Shown: positions 24,701 to 38,680 of the stretch, in pieces | Position numbering within the stretch: the first letter of the stretch is position 1 | Layout of the letters: the number at the start of each line of letters is the position of its first letter | DNA from: the human T2T-CHM13v2.0 reference genome, Homo sapiens | Assembly: GCF_009914755.1 (NCBI RefSeq) | Contig: NC_060928.1 | DNA: 64,000 nucleotides | Strand: one strand, 5' to 3' | Translations under genes and position numbers: made by a program | The notes under the pieces: generated by a model | Told to the model about the DNA's origin: nothing | The model's input: the letters and a program-made list of their open reading frames with translations, nothing else | The model's database searches: none

Positions 24701-25087
24701 AAAGATGGCAGCTAGAAAAGGAAAAAAATAGGATTTCTGAATAGGATTCAGGTCCAACTGCAACAAGAGAGCAAGCACTTGCAATCTGTAGTACGAGTCA
24801 TCGATGACCCCACACTGAAAGACAGGGTCCTGGCTCTAAAGGAAGGAATCTCTGCAGCCCTATGTTCACCTCACCCGGCAGGAAATTTACTTGGAACACT
24901 TTTCAATTACTCTACTAGAGAATAAGCACAGGAAGGGAAAAAGATCAAGGAAAAAAGGTAAAAATCTGGTCACCCGATACCTTCCTTTTACTCTGATTAT
25001 TTTCCTCTACCCCCTGCAATGATTTTGGCCTTTCCGCCCTTTTATTTTACAATAATTCATGAACCACAGCCATACACGTTCTAGAAA

Positions 25088-25252
25088 AGCACTGTCCAAC
25101 AGAAATTTCTGTGATGATTTGTGTGTTCTATAATTTGCACTGTCCAATATGGTAGCACCTGGCCACATGTGGCCACTATGCACTTGAAACAGAGCTAATG
25201 TCACCATAGAACTGAATTTTAAATTTAAATAATTTAAATTTAAATAGTCACC
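25088..25252 (+). mobile_element. MER3 (hAT-Charlie)
   Basis: gcactgtccaacagaaatttctgtgatgat...ctgtccaatatggtagc...ccacatgtggcca...actgaattttaaattt matches the recalled MER3 consensus. Confidence 0.85.
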
Positions 25253-25949
25253 AATTATGTCTGATCCTTTATAGCATCTCCAATTTCAAATGCTGCCTGT
25301 CAAAACTAAAAACTTTAACATCTGCAATATTCAAAATCCTTTTCTGTGGTTAAAATTTGAAGCAAAAAATATTTATCTAAATCCAAATTTTTGTAGACAT
25401 CTGTCTTAAACCTACATAGAAAAAAAAAAAAAAGTAAAACTTTCCTAGATTTTGACTGTGCTGATACTGCCCTGCCATGCTCCTGCTCCCCGTTCTCTGC
25501 TATGAGTCTCCACTTGGCTCAGCGGGCGACGAAGAGGCCTGCTTTAGAATTGCTGGTGTACTACTTCACCTGAACACGTACCAATCAAGAGGCTCTGTGC
25601 TTAGCTGTGACTTGGAGAATCATGACTCTACTAATTTGTTTTGTTTTTGCTTCTTTTTCCTAAGCACTAAAAGTGACTAAATTAAATCTATGTTCATAAA
25701 CAGTAGTAATGTCATAATGTTTACGATCTCAGTCACCCACTTGTTCACTGTGCACTGTCATTCAACTGCTCAGAATGCTGTTCCCAAATGTCACCATGAG
25801 AGACATATACGAAAGCCTAAGACAAGGCTCTTGTCCTCAAAGGCATACAATTTATTTAAGGAAACAACTACCACATGTAAAAGGCAGAGGTGAATATTAA
25901 ACTGTCCTCTCACAGTTCGCTTTTTAGCCACCACTAATTATGTGTTTCC

Positions 25950-26148
25950 CAAGACCCAGCTCTGGGGTAGGCATTTTATATGCGTCACTCTCACTGGATA
26001 CTCACAGCAACCCTAGAAGGGAGCTACCAATACACACTACCTTTATTTTTAAGATATCTGAGGTTTAGAGAAGTAAAATCATTGCCAGCTAAATGCAAAG
26101 CTGAGATTTGACCCCAAGTCTGTCTGATTCCAGAGTCCAAGCTCTTAA
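25950..26148 (-). mobile_element. MIR SINE
   Basis: ctcacagcaaccctagaagg...ctgaggtttagagaagtaa...gagatttgaccccaagtctgtctgattccagagtccaagctcttaa. Confidence 0.75.
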
Positions 26149-28054
26149 TTCACATAGACAACTCTAAATGTATCAATCATATTTAATATGTATAATGATT
26201 ATACAACAAAATTATTCAGTGATCTCACTTTCTTCTAGGATTAGAATGTTCTCTCCACCAAGCCCAGCTCCTTTTGCAGGAAGGAGTCCTCTGGGCTCCA
26301 TCCCTTTCTCACGATGTTGTATTAATCATAGCATTATTCTGACAAACCCTTGACTGCAGGCACGCACTTCAGATACATACCATTTTCACCCGATGATGTC
26401 TCTGAAACACTTTCATATATTCTACTTGATACTAAGTTTAAGAACTGTAATCATAGTATTTTTGGTGGTAAAGGAAGTGTCTAGTTTAAGTTTTAGGGTC
26501 TTCAGTGTAATTTCTTCAGGAGTTGTTACTACCAGGATCCGGAAGTTAGATTTCTACCCTTCAATCCTGACTGTGGCAGGGACTGCTCCCAGGGACATTC
26601 AGTGTGCTTAAGAATCAGCAACATTAAGGACAATTACAATAAAACACCTGTAATACACTCATGGGCGGACTGTGAAACTTACACTGTTTGGGTAACTTTT
26701 AGACAAGGAGCACTACAAAAACCAGCAAGGCAAGGGGCTGATGAGACATGCATATGTGTGTACGGATGTAATGTGTGCACAAACTCCTGTGCACAGAAGC
26801 TGTGACACGTTCAACCCTGACATATTACTTCTGGCTACTCCTGGGAAATGGAACAGGTAGCTGGAGGGAAGAGAGGAGAGAGGAGGGAAGAGAGGAGACA
26901 GGAGAACTTCATTTTATACACTACTTTATTGTGGCCATCTTTAATCTTTAATGGGCATATTACTCAAATAAATTTAAATATTAAAACATTTTAAAGCTCA
27001 GAGTGAAAATATAGACATATTTGATGGCTGAAAACTAAACTTAGGCTGGAAAATCTCAAATCAATTATTTTTTAAGCCTTATATACACTAATATATGGCC
27101 ACACATATAAAAAACTCAAACTCCTTAGAAATATTGAAGTGGCATATCCTATATGACTTTTTCTAATGTTTTTGAGTTGCAGCAAATTTTTAATGAAATG
27201 GATCACGGGTGCTAAGTATCCTCTTACTGTAAAAATAAAGTTTGCTAAAGCCAGAGGGTCTTTCACGATGCTCTAGCCCAAATCCTGTACCTTAAAACAT
27301 GAGGAAATGAGGTCTAGGCATGTGGAATAATTTCCTGAAGGTCTGAGTCAGCAGGAGAAACTTTCCTACCAAGGAAAGTGTTCAGAAGGCTCTACTGCTC
27401 GAGCCTTTTCCTGCAGAGGTGTGCATCGGGATCATGGGGTGTGAATGCCAACCCCCCTTCTTCCCGCTCCATGCCAGAGCCACCAAATCACACTCTCCAC
27501 TCATGAGGACCCAGCCTGTACCATCTCATGAAGGTTTCCCGGTGATTCCATCCCATGCTGACCTCCTCAGTACAGGTGCTGACAGAAGTTGAAAAAAATT
27601 CACTCTTTTTTTAACAGTTTTGTTTTCAGTCATTATAATAATTACTACTGGACATATTCTGGAACAAAGCATATTATCTATTTCTTTAAAATACTATTTG
27701 AGATACAGAGAAACACAATAGGACTATGGACATATAAGAAATACACAGTATTTCTCAAGTATGGTTCTTAAGTACCATAAGAAGCATAATTAACATTGCA
27801 AAAAATGCAACAAAGAAGTGGCCGGGAGAGCCCACCTGAAGATTCCATCTGTTCTTCAACTGCTTATTAAGTCCTAAAACATCACCCAGAATCTTCCTGA
27901 CAAGTCTGCAACTACCGACCAAATCATTAAAGCCTGTTAGAACAAAAGTTAAATGAAATGTAGTCTTTACAACATTAAAAAAATTAAGAGGAATCTAAAT
28001 GGCTATATACATTTCCATTGAACAGCATATTTTCCGTCTTCTTGGAAATACCTT

Positions 28055-28477
28055 TGTGGTGGATTGAATGGTGGCTCCTGCCCAAAAGATACATACAACC
28101 CTGGAAGCTGTGAGTGTGAACTGATGTGGATAAGCATCCCTGAAGATGTAATTAAGAACCTCAAGATGAGACCACCTTGGATTTATGGTGGACCCTAAAT
28201 TCAATAGCAAGAGTCTTTTTAAGAGAAAGGTAGAGGAGATTTGAGTCAGAGACCCAGGGAAGAAAGGTGTCTGATGACAGATGCAGAGACTGGAGTGGTT
28301 CCGTCACAAGCCAGCAGGTTCCTGGAGACTGGGAGGAGCGAGGATAGGTCCTTCCTTAGCGCTTTCAGAGGGAGCCAGGCCCTCACGGCACCTGGAATTC
28401 AAACTCCTGGCCTCCAGAACCGCGACAGAATCCACCTCTGTCGTTTAAATTTATGGAAAGTAACCTTAGGGAAATAA
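28055..28477 (+). mobile_element. MLT1-family (ERVL-MaLR) solo LTR
   Basis: tgtggtggattgaatggtggctcc...aagatgtaattaagaacctcaagatgagaccaccttggattta...gatgcagagactggagtg...ctggcctccagaaccgcgacagaat. Confidence 0.85.
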
Positions 28478-28484
28478 ACCTTTT

Positions 28485-28575
28485 TTAAAAAAATTAATGG
28501 CTTTATTGAGGTATAACTGATATACCAAAAACTACATATGTTTAACATATACAATCTGATGAGTCTGGATATACA
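28485..28575 (-). mobile_element. Old L1M 3' end fragment
   Basis: gctttattgaggtataactgatatac...atatgtttaacatatacaatctgatgagt is a typical antisense L1MB/MC tail. Confidence 0.7.
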
Positions 28576-29707
28576 TACTAATACACCTTTTTATTTGGAT
28601 AGCAAATGAAAGTACTGAAAAAATATTTTCTAAAAGAATTGGGTAACACTGGTGAACAATTCCATTATTCAGAGATAACCACTTTTATTACCTTCTGTAT
28701 TTTGTTAGTGTCTTCACTTGAAATGTTTTATGGCTTGGTAGGCTTATCACTCTACACACGAGACAAAAAGCAGAGGATTAAACAAGTAACTCAGCTCCAA
28801 AGGTGATCTGGGATGAAACAAAATTCCCAAGTGGAGTCATGCTTTCCCTCAGGAGGAGGAGAGAGCAGGATGCCTCGGCTCTGGAATGGGACTTCCTTAA
28901 CATCTCTGGCTGAGAACCACAACTCAGCTAAGTCTTTTGTTTTCAGTTATGAATATACAAAATATGACACAAATTATACATCAGTTCTGAGTATATTATT
29001 TCTCATATTCTTTCCTCTCCATAACAGAAAAAAAACTCCCTAAATATTGACTTAGTAACTCTATTAATAATTATACATTCTAGCTTCATGCCTGTAACAC
29101 ACAAAAGTTCCAACTCTAAAGCTGTTTCAACTAAGGACCAAGACAGAACAGACTCTTTGATTCTGAGTAAAGCAAAATAGCCTCTCTGTCCTCAAGAGTT
29201 CACTTCACCAGCAACATGGGCCTCAGGGTACAATAAGTTAATCAAAATTTTTTTTACAAAACTAATTTGCCTAATGTTATCATTAGTCAGAAAAACTTAC
29301 CTGTGCTCACCCTGTGTTTACCCAAACTGTCCTTTCGATTTTAACCGTACCTCTTGCTTCTCTTATACAGCAGCTAAGAAAGAACAGTAAAAAGGCCTAA
29401 TACCAGGAAAAATGAACATAAATTACATAAATAGGGAAGATATGAGAGGTCAGAGATTTAAGTAAAAGTGCTTTAGAACTTTACAGGACATGTGTTACAA
29501 ATCTTGGGCTCCTAAAAATTGTTTTAAATGTCCATGGTTCAGTGTTGAAAGAGAGCTTGCTCTGAGTTAGGTAAGCTACCAAAGAACTACAGGGACCAAC
29601 CAGATGCATGGAAAACAGAGAGGGCAACACCACTGGTCCAGGGTCAACCAACTGCACGGAAAAGAGAGGGCAACACAATTGGTCATTATTTTGATTTTTA
29701 CAATGAA

Positions 29708-29890
29708 GTATTAAATAATTAAATAATTTATTTACTATTATTAAATAATTTATCTATTATTAAATAATTTATTTATTATTAATAATTGATAAATTATTTG
29801 ATGCTTCATTATTATTCATAAATTAATAATTAACAAATAATTACTAAATTTATTTATTAATAATAAATTTATTAATAATAAATTAATAAA
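29708..29890. repeat. Extremely AT-rich low-complexity tract
   Basis: About 180 bp almost without G/C, built from tattaaataattta / ttattaataat repeats. Confidence 0.9.
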
Positions 29891-32288
29891 GCACCATGAG
29901 CTACAGAAATAACAGACTGTAACTGTGGAACTCCAGATAGCACCTGACTGTCCCTTTGTAAACATGTCATCCATGGAACATTCTAGTCTACGGATCTGTA
30001 CCCAACCAGCTTAAATAAAATGAAACGGCCCCAGAACAAAGCTGTGTATGTGACTTAGAGATCATGGCACAGTCCTGAGAGCTGTACAATGGGTGGACAG
30101 AAGGCGCAAGTGAGCGGGAGTGACAGAAACTACATCAAGGGCAGCATTTGTCTGTGTGAACTGCTATGCCTCCTCTTCCAATGGGTGAAAGGGAAAATCC
30201 TTCAAATGTGGCTGCTTTTAAAAATCTTTCATGAGTATCACGCCTGGTTCTGTGGTGGATACAATAATGAATGAAGGTGGTCCTGGCCCATAAGGACCTG
30301 AGCCAACACTGGATCCCCCCGAAACACACACCAGAGCCAACACTGAACATGCAGAGCCGACAAGCCGACTAGTCCACCGGCAGGGAGGCGTCACGTCCTC
30401 CGCTTCTGCAAAACACAGATTGCCTTGCTGGCCACGAGCAAACACGCAGCTTCTCCTTCACTTTATCACTCAGCACCCAGCCCCTCAGAGCTCTGGACTG
30501 TGAGCTCGGAGATCTCCGCAGCACCGCACCGTCTTTACTCAGGTGGTGTCCTAAGACCACACGTCACTACAGCCGGCTGCGCGCTCTTTCGGCAGCTGTG
30601 GCCGTCTCAGCAGCTATTGTTTGTCCCTGAAGTACTGGTGCCGGCAGGATTAGGCGTGGAGCCAAAAATGGAATTCTATTCATAGACTGGCGAGGCTGGA
30701 AAGCAGCTCAGAACTCATTTAGTTCAAACTTTCAGAGTTCCAAAGAAAACACTAATAAAATGGATCAAACGACTAGTCTAAAGTCACATGGGGAGTCATA
30801 CAGGGACCCCATACCCTAGTCTTCAGACGTCTCTTCTGCTTTCAATTCTACCTTACTAGCTGTTTCTTGTTGAAAATTGATGGCATTAAAACATAAGATC
30901 GACAGCAAAACTCAATTTACAGGGAATTGCCTTCAGTGATCCTATAAATGTCAGATATAGCAGGGTCAGAAGAAGAGGATAGGGTACACAACCCATTTTA
31001 TAAGGTTAACATCATGTTGACATAAAAAGACTAATCTCAGGCACCCAAATGCAAAATCTTAACTATAATTTTAGCAAATAATATTCAGCAGCTATAGAAA
31101 AACCAAATGCTGACAGAATTTATCACAAAGATTCAAGTTAACCAATTTGCGGAGGAAAAAGTTTGTCATCATCAACATCGGCAGAAATGTACTGAATAAC
31201 ATTTGACTTCTTGCAAACTTTAGGGATGATATACTTCACTTATTTTATAAAATAATAATGAGCATGAGAAAGAGATAGGAAAAAAATCTACAGATTCCTC
31301 CTTAAAATATCTGCGTATCTTGGTAAAAAGACTGCAAATAGGTAATTTTTTTTTAAATGAATTCCTGCCATTGAAATGCGACTGGCCCGTCCTTTCCTTC
31401 CTTTGCAGCTATCAAATGTTACCGGAAACCCCTGGAAGTTGTTTGCAGCTTTAGCTATTTCCTATTGCAGTTTGTTCAGTATTCGTTCCAGCCACAATAA
31501 AATGCCATTTACTCTGGTTCAGAAAAAAATAGTTGTAAAGTGTTACTGGACTAACACATGATGAGCACCCAGTATACCTACCAGCTATTCTACCATTTTG
31601 TAACTTTACTGCGTGCTTTAGGGATTACCACACATAAACTATACATCGCTGCCCAGTCTGCAATCACAAATCACATTTCCTATAGTAAACATAAAATAAT
31701 TCTATACTAAATACAGGATTTTACATGTAAAGAAGCGAATAAAAAACAGAACACTGTATAACGCCGTCCTCTAAAAAGCATATGAAATGGAAACTGAGTA
31801 ATTTGAGTATAACATGTCGACACAGAATAAGAGAATAAACAAAATGGGGGAGATGATAAAGACCTGCTAAGTATACTTAGAGCCAACTGTTTGAGCTGAA
31901 ATTGGGAGCTCTGAAAACTTAACAGGACACATCAACACAGAAAAAGTAGGAAAACCTCAAAATCTAGGAAAATTTATCTTCTAATGAGAAACAATTACTT
32001 CCCAATGTAGAAGAGATCTAACAGTCTACTAACCAACTTGCAAAATCGTATCTGAGATCTCAACCTTGATACTGATACTCTAATTGCTCTATTTAAAGAA
32101 TAATTTTGTTATTAACAACCAAGAGAAGTGAAATACAAACATCCTTTCTAAGCACTCTTGCTTAGAGCAACGGGAGGGATTCAATTTTTACTTCAGAAAT
32201 ATAAAAGTCTATCCCTTCAAAATAATTTTAAAAATCAGCAATCAACGAAATTGTTTAACTAGTCCCACCAGTAAATACGTCCACTCAT

Positions 32289-32595
32289 CAGGAGTCAGGA
32301 AAGCACAGTAGCTTGTTTTTGTGTGGCTGGCTAGTGAAGAATGGCTTTTGCATTTTTAAATGGTTGAAAAAAACTTTTGTGATACATGAAAAGGGCAGAA
32401 AATTCAAATTTTATTGAATTTATTTCGTTTATTTACAAAGTTTTACTGGAACACAGCGGTGCTCACTCATTTCCGTATCATCTACAGCAGCTTCTGGGCT
32501 ACAGTGACACGGCTGAGTGGTGTGACAGAGACTGTATGGCCCACAAACCCAAAAGCCCCGTGTGGCCCTTTATAGAAACAGTTTGATGACCCCTG
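32289..32595. mobile_element. MER58B-like hAT-Charlie MITE
   Basis: Terminal inverted repeats caggagtcaggaaa / tttgatgacccctg; internal aaagttttactggaacacagc and gacagagactgtatggcccacaaa. Confidence 0.85.
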
Positions 32596-33331
32596 CGGTA
32601 CATGCTTCATAAAACTAAGTTTAAAAATCTAGTGTTACTTAAAAGTTTCCCATTTTTGGTCTGATGGCACCATAGGAATAAGATTAGCCTGAAAAGCAAC
32701 TATTATATGAAACAGAGTCCCTCAATGCAAAGAGTAGATAAGAGACAGAAAAACTGGCTCCACAACCACATTTACACCCAAATGCAAAGGCACAGGGACT
32801 GGGAGTGGCACCATGCACTGAGAAGCGGCAGCCAGGAAATTCACATTGCCTGACCTCTGGTAGCTCTGACCTCTGTGAAGTCTTAGATTATTTGTAAAAT
32901 GAAGAAAATGTAAATAAGGAGCACAGCAGGCTATTGGTATCTGTAGTCACCATCTCACAGGGCTCTTGTAAAGATGAAGTCTGTGGAAGCTGCTCGTAAT
33001 AGATGAGACACACTTGTCAATGTTCCTCTGACTCCTAACGAAAGTTCTGTTCCAGCCCTATCCAAAAGTGATGGCAAGACACAGTAGACGGGTGGAAGAG
33101 TGGTATAAAAAAAGACTTCAGAGAATGAGACAGAAAGGGGCAAAACAAGGAAAATTAGGCTTTGCTGGTTTCCCTTGGGCTATCTCCTTCAAGCTCAGCT
33201 CTCCAAGGGAACAGGCATGAGACAGCTGATGGACCAGCAGGACCAGCAAGATTCTAACAGTGCAATGTGCTCCACAATAATGAGATGGGATTTTGAGTAA
33301 GGATCACTCTCCAAAATACATGAAATTTTTA

Positions 33332-33646
<315 letters not shown>

Positions 33647-34151
33647 CTTCACTCTACAGGATGGAGGAAGGAAAACCTAAGAAACATTAAGCTGAAACAA
33701 ACTCAAAACACAAAACCTCCATTAAGAAGATTCACTATTTATCAAATGAGGTTTTTATGGTATATACATATTGAATTGTGTACTATGTGATTGCATTATG
33801 TATTTAAAATCTCAGGAAGACAGAAATACAGGTAGCAGCTGTCAAAGAGCCTAAAACCTTTTAAGATGCAAATATAGACACACAGAAATCACAAACATAC
33901 ATATATAGTCAAAGAGGATGCCCTGTACCATTAACTACTAAACTTTTCTGATAAATTTATTTTTAGTCATAAATAAATTTCTTTCTTACTGTATTTGTTC
34001 TCAAAGAGGAAGATGAATGAGAAGAGGTAAAAAGTAAACATTGGTTAGATAAAATCAGTAGACCAGTGAAATGGACAGTGAAAGGTACATGGATATGCAC
34101 ATATATTCCTATAATAATGTGGCAAGTTCATCAGTAACCACAATAAGGTGA

Positions 34152-34443
<292 letters not shown>

Positions 34444-35669
34444 AAGGTGCTCTTAAAAGCACAGCATCCAATACTGTTATGGAAAAACCCAAGATGCATA
34501 TCCATGTATACAGTATGCTATCTGTATAAAAAGATGAGGAAAAAACCAACATATTCTTTCTTGCTTATATACAAGTGAAAGAAAATGCAAACACTAGTTG
34601 CCTCTAAGTAGATTTTATTATTCAGGTATGGTGAGGCAACAGATCAGGTACGACCGCCAGTACCTGAAAGTACCTGCAAAGGCAGTTTGGTACTTCCCCA
34701 AGAGGAGGCCATACCACCGCCACTGAAGGTGGCAAAGGCCGAAGGCCGTGCTGGGCCATACGGGACCATGCCAGGGTTGGTCTGGAGGTGGAAGGAACCG
34801 GGAAAGCTTGACTGAGGATCTCACAGAAAGGCAAGGTGAGACGCTCAGGACTGGCTGGTTTAAGTAATTTCAAAGGCTCTGGGGCATAGCTGTCCCCAGT
34901 TGTCTAGCACTGGCTCTGATATGACTTGGGCGTGACACAGATGGTGGTGTGGAGTGGGACTCTGGACTGGTCAGCTTGCATATGAAAAGCACGGTCCTGC
35001 ACCAGTCATCTGCTATCCCGAGTCCTGGAAGGGGCAGTCCTTCCCCACTCAATGAGGGCCCAGATGCCACAGCATTCAGGATACAGAAAATAAGAAAAGA
35101 GAGTTAATATACTAAGGAAGGGAACGGAGTGTCTGGAGAACTGGGTGAAAGTAAAACCTGACTGGGTATCTTCCTGTACTATTTGCACGTTGTGCCATGT
35201 GATTGCATTACCCATTTAAAACAAGTGATAGAATTTATGAGGTGTGCTACCCACACATACACATACATCACAAACACACGTCACAAACACACATCTGCCT
35301 TCCGGCCTTGCTGAGCAGGGTAAACTGATGATGAATGGTACCTGGGGAAGGAGGACTGAGAAGTGCCATTCCGGCTACTGGGTACAACACAACAGCACAA
35401 TTTGGGAGGGACAAAAAGTGCATACATATCTGTATTTCCACAAACTCCAGAAACATAACCAGGATATTGCTAAGTTTCGATTTAAAATAAACCTAGAAAT
35501 TCAGTTTTTACTCCAAGACACAGAAACCCTGGTTAAGAAGATTCACTGTTTATTAAAGGAGGTGTTTACAGTACATACATATTGATGGCACTTCTAAACT
35601 TAAAAAGGCATCTTTTTCTGATTTAAAAGCAATAGCTGACCTTCCACTTCTAGTAAGGGATCAGATTTA

Positions 35670-36380
35670 TGCTTTAACATAAAACCACCAAGAAGCAGAC
35701 AAAATGAATGCACTGGCAGTTGAAAGGACACTAGACATCAGGCAAAGAAAGACAAGGATCCCTGAGAGAAACAGATGAGGGGACACCCACGATCGCAGCA
35801 GCTTTCTGCCTTGAGACAGTTTCCAGACAGCTATGCACCCCTATGTGATGTCCAAGAGAAATGGAAGTATGTGTCCACAGAAAGGCTTGTACTCAATGTT
35901 CACAGCGGATTTACAAACTGCCAAAAACTGGCAGCAATACAAATGCCTATTACTAGGTGAGTGGATAAACAAATTATAATATTAATCTATCTATATAAAG
36001 GATACACAGCAATGAAAAGAAACGTAGTCTTGATACACGCCAAAACATGCATGAGTCTCAAAATAAACATGCGAAGTATAAGAAGCCTTACCAAAAAGAG
36101 TATATGCCATGTGAGTTCACCAAGATAAAATTCCAGGAAATGCAAACTATTATTTAGTGCTAGAAAGCACACCAGCATTTGACTAGAGATGGAGGTGGGA
36201 GGGTTGGGAGGGAGAATACAGAGAAGTGTGAGGAGACCTTTGGGAATGATGGGTGTGGTCACTGCCTGATAGTGGTGATGTTTTCTCAGGTGTAAAAGCT
36301 ATGTGAAAGCTTATCAAATTGTAGACTTTAAATATGTGCAATTTGCTGTAAGTGAATTACACCTCAAAAAAGCTTTTTAA
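35670..36380 (+). mobile_element. Old L1M (MC/MD-type) fragment(s)
   Basis: ccaagagaaatggaagtatgtgtccacagaaaggcttgtactcaatgttcacagc...ggtgagtggataaacaaat...gcttatcaaattgtagactttaaatatgtgcaattt; boundaries approximate. Confidence 0.75.
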
Positions 36381-37685
36381 AAATAAAGATCAATACTTGG
36401 TTTGTAGCAAAAACGTGAAAAATATCAAACATACAGATAAGAGAGCAAGACCATGGTCTCTTCTAAAGGACACACATGTCTAAAAGTAACACTTCAAAAT
36501 TATTAATAAATGCCAATTGTAAGTTGCATATCAACTCCCCCAAGTTCAAAGCAATAACTTTAACTAAAAAGACTCTTTGCAAGGGTGGTGTCGATTTCCC
36601 GAGGTTGTTCGTGAATAATGAGTCATGAGAAGCTCACACTAGTCTCTTTTGTTTGGGACTCCCTTTCTTCTCTGTCCTTGACACACCACAAAGCTGTGAT
36701 GCTTTTGTTTGCAGGCGCTGCAGCTGCCAAGGCTCCAATCTGAGTTCTATGCTCCTGTCTCTCTTCCACCTTGAGCAAGTGCTCAACTTAAGTTAAAAGA
36801 AGCACATTTACCCTGTAACTGATGATGGACACAGTCAAACAAAAAATGTTATAAAAATTAGCAATGTCAACAAAAGTGCATATATCACAAAAAGAGAATG
36901 GATGCGGTCTTTCACTTGTATCTCCTAAAAATGAAAACCCACTGCCCCCCTACTTGCAAACAATATAATAAGAATGTCTGAAATGCAGACAGACAGTTCT
37001 TGGCACCATAATTAAGCACAAAAACCTTGAAGAGAAAAAACATTCAAAAAAGTTCACTCAAACTTGTTGTTTAGAACACAAAATTCATAAGCTCACTCAC
37101 TAAACCCACTCCTAGAAAGCTTTCTTGTTGTGACTTTTAAAATATTTTGTTACACTATGACAAAAGGGGAAGGAGAAAAAGATATTGAGGAGATGTCTCC
37201 CTCTTTTCCAAAAAGACTTTTATTTAAGTTTATCCAAAATGTTGCAAGGCAGTTTATACTGACTCAAAAAGAGGTCACTTTTATTAATAAAAATAACAAA
37301 TATTCTCTTTAACCCTTATTCTGGCATTCGAGGTTTTCCACTGAGGGTAGCCGTCTCCCATACACTTATTTCTTGGTCTCCAACTCACCATTCCTTCAAA
37401 TTGTCGCCGACATGAAAACATCTCCTACCTCCTCTCCATCAATCTATTGTTACCATCTTCACAATCAGCCCAGTACCCGTTCCAAGGGGCTCATCTTCCC
37501 AACATAACCACTGCCAGTTTCCCACTTCCACCGGACCCGTGAGGGCCCCTGCCACGCCTCCACCGGACCCGTGAGAGCCTGTGCCACACTGCTGCACACA
37601 TCTGTTCTTCTTGGTTATTTCACTTTTGTAGATGACGAACTTTCAAAGATTTGGTAAAAAAATTTCATAGTTCGGTAAATAAACA

Positions 37686-38034
37686 CGGCCACGCACTGCA
37701 TAACGACGTGTCAGTTAACCACGGGCTGCATATACGATCGAACCGCACATACGACCGTGGTTGTGAAAGATTAATACCACATTTTTACTGCACCTTTTCT
37801 ACATTTAGCTATGTTTGGATACACAAATGTGTTACAACTGCCTGCAGTGTTCGGTACAGGATCACGGCATACAGGTCTATAGACTAGAATAGACCATCCC
37901 ATACAGCCTGGGTGTGTAGTAGGCTAGACCATCTAGGTTTGGGTAAGTACACTCTACGTTGTCCACACAACGACAAAATCGCCTGATGACACGTTTCTCA
38001 AAATGCATCCCTGGCATTCAGCCTCCCATGACTG
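37686..38034 (+). mobile_element. Tigger3a-like (TcMar-Tigger) non-autonomous element
   Basis: Starts c-ggccacgcactgcataacgacg, has internal accatctaggtttgggtaagtacactcta, ends catgactg followed by TA; about 350 bp. Confidence 0.82.
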
Positions 38035-38263
38035 TACTTGATGCATAAACAAATGCTTTAAATGATGATAACTGTAGGTATTCTCTAGCTGCTGGACGTT
38101 TAGGATAATCACCAGGGTCCCAAATTCATGTTTCTAAGAAACAAGTGGGCCCACTTTATTCTAGCAAATGTGTTTATCCAAAGGCACAAGTTTATCAGTC
38201 TACTAGATTCTTGATTGTCTGACATTCATTAACAGAGCAACCGTAACACCCGCAAGAGGAAGT

Positions 38264-38680
38264 GGCTGTGGCACCTGTCCCCTGAACGACGCTGGGCGCT
38301 CCTGCACTCTACACACACAAGCCCGCTGTGGCACTTGTCCCCTGAACAACCCTGGGCGCTCCTGCACTCTACACACACAAGCCGGCTGTGGCACCTGTCC
38401 CCTGAACGACGCTGGGCGCTCCTGCACTCTACACACACAAGCCGGCTGTGGCACCTGTCCCCTGAACAACCCTGGGTGCTCCTGCACTTTACACACACAA
38501 TCCGGCTGTGGCACCTGTCCCCTGAACGACCCTGGGTGCTCCTGCACTCTACACACACAAGCCGGCTGTGGCACCTGTCCCCTGAACGACCCTGGGTGCT
38601 CCTGCACTCTACACACACAAGCCGGCTGTGGCACCTGTCCCCTGAACGATGCTGGGCGCTCCTGCACTCTACACACACGA
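38264..38680. repeat. Minisatellite, 7 copies of a 60-bp unit
   Basis: Unit gccggctgtggcacctgtcccctgaacgaccctgggtgctcctgcactctacacacacaa; its 60-bp period explains the three overlapping repetitive ORFs. Confidence 0.97.
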
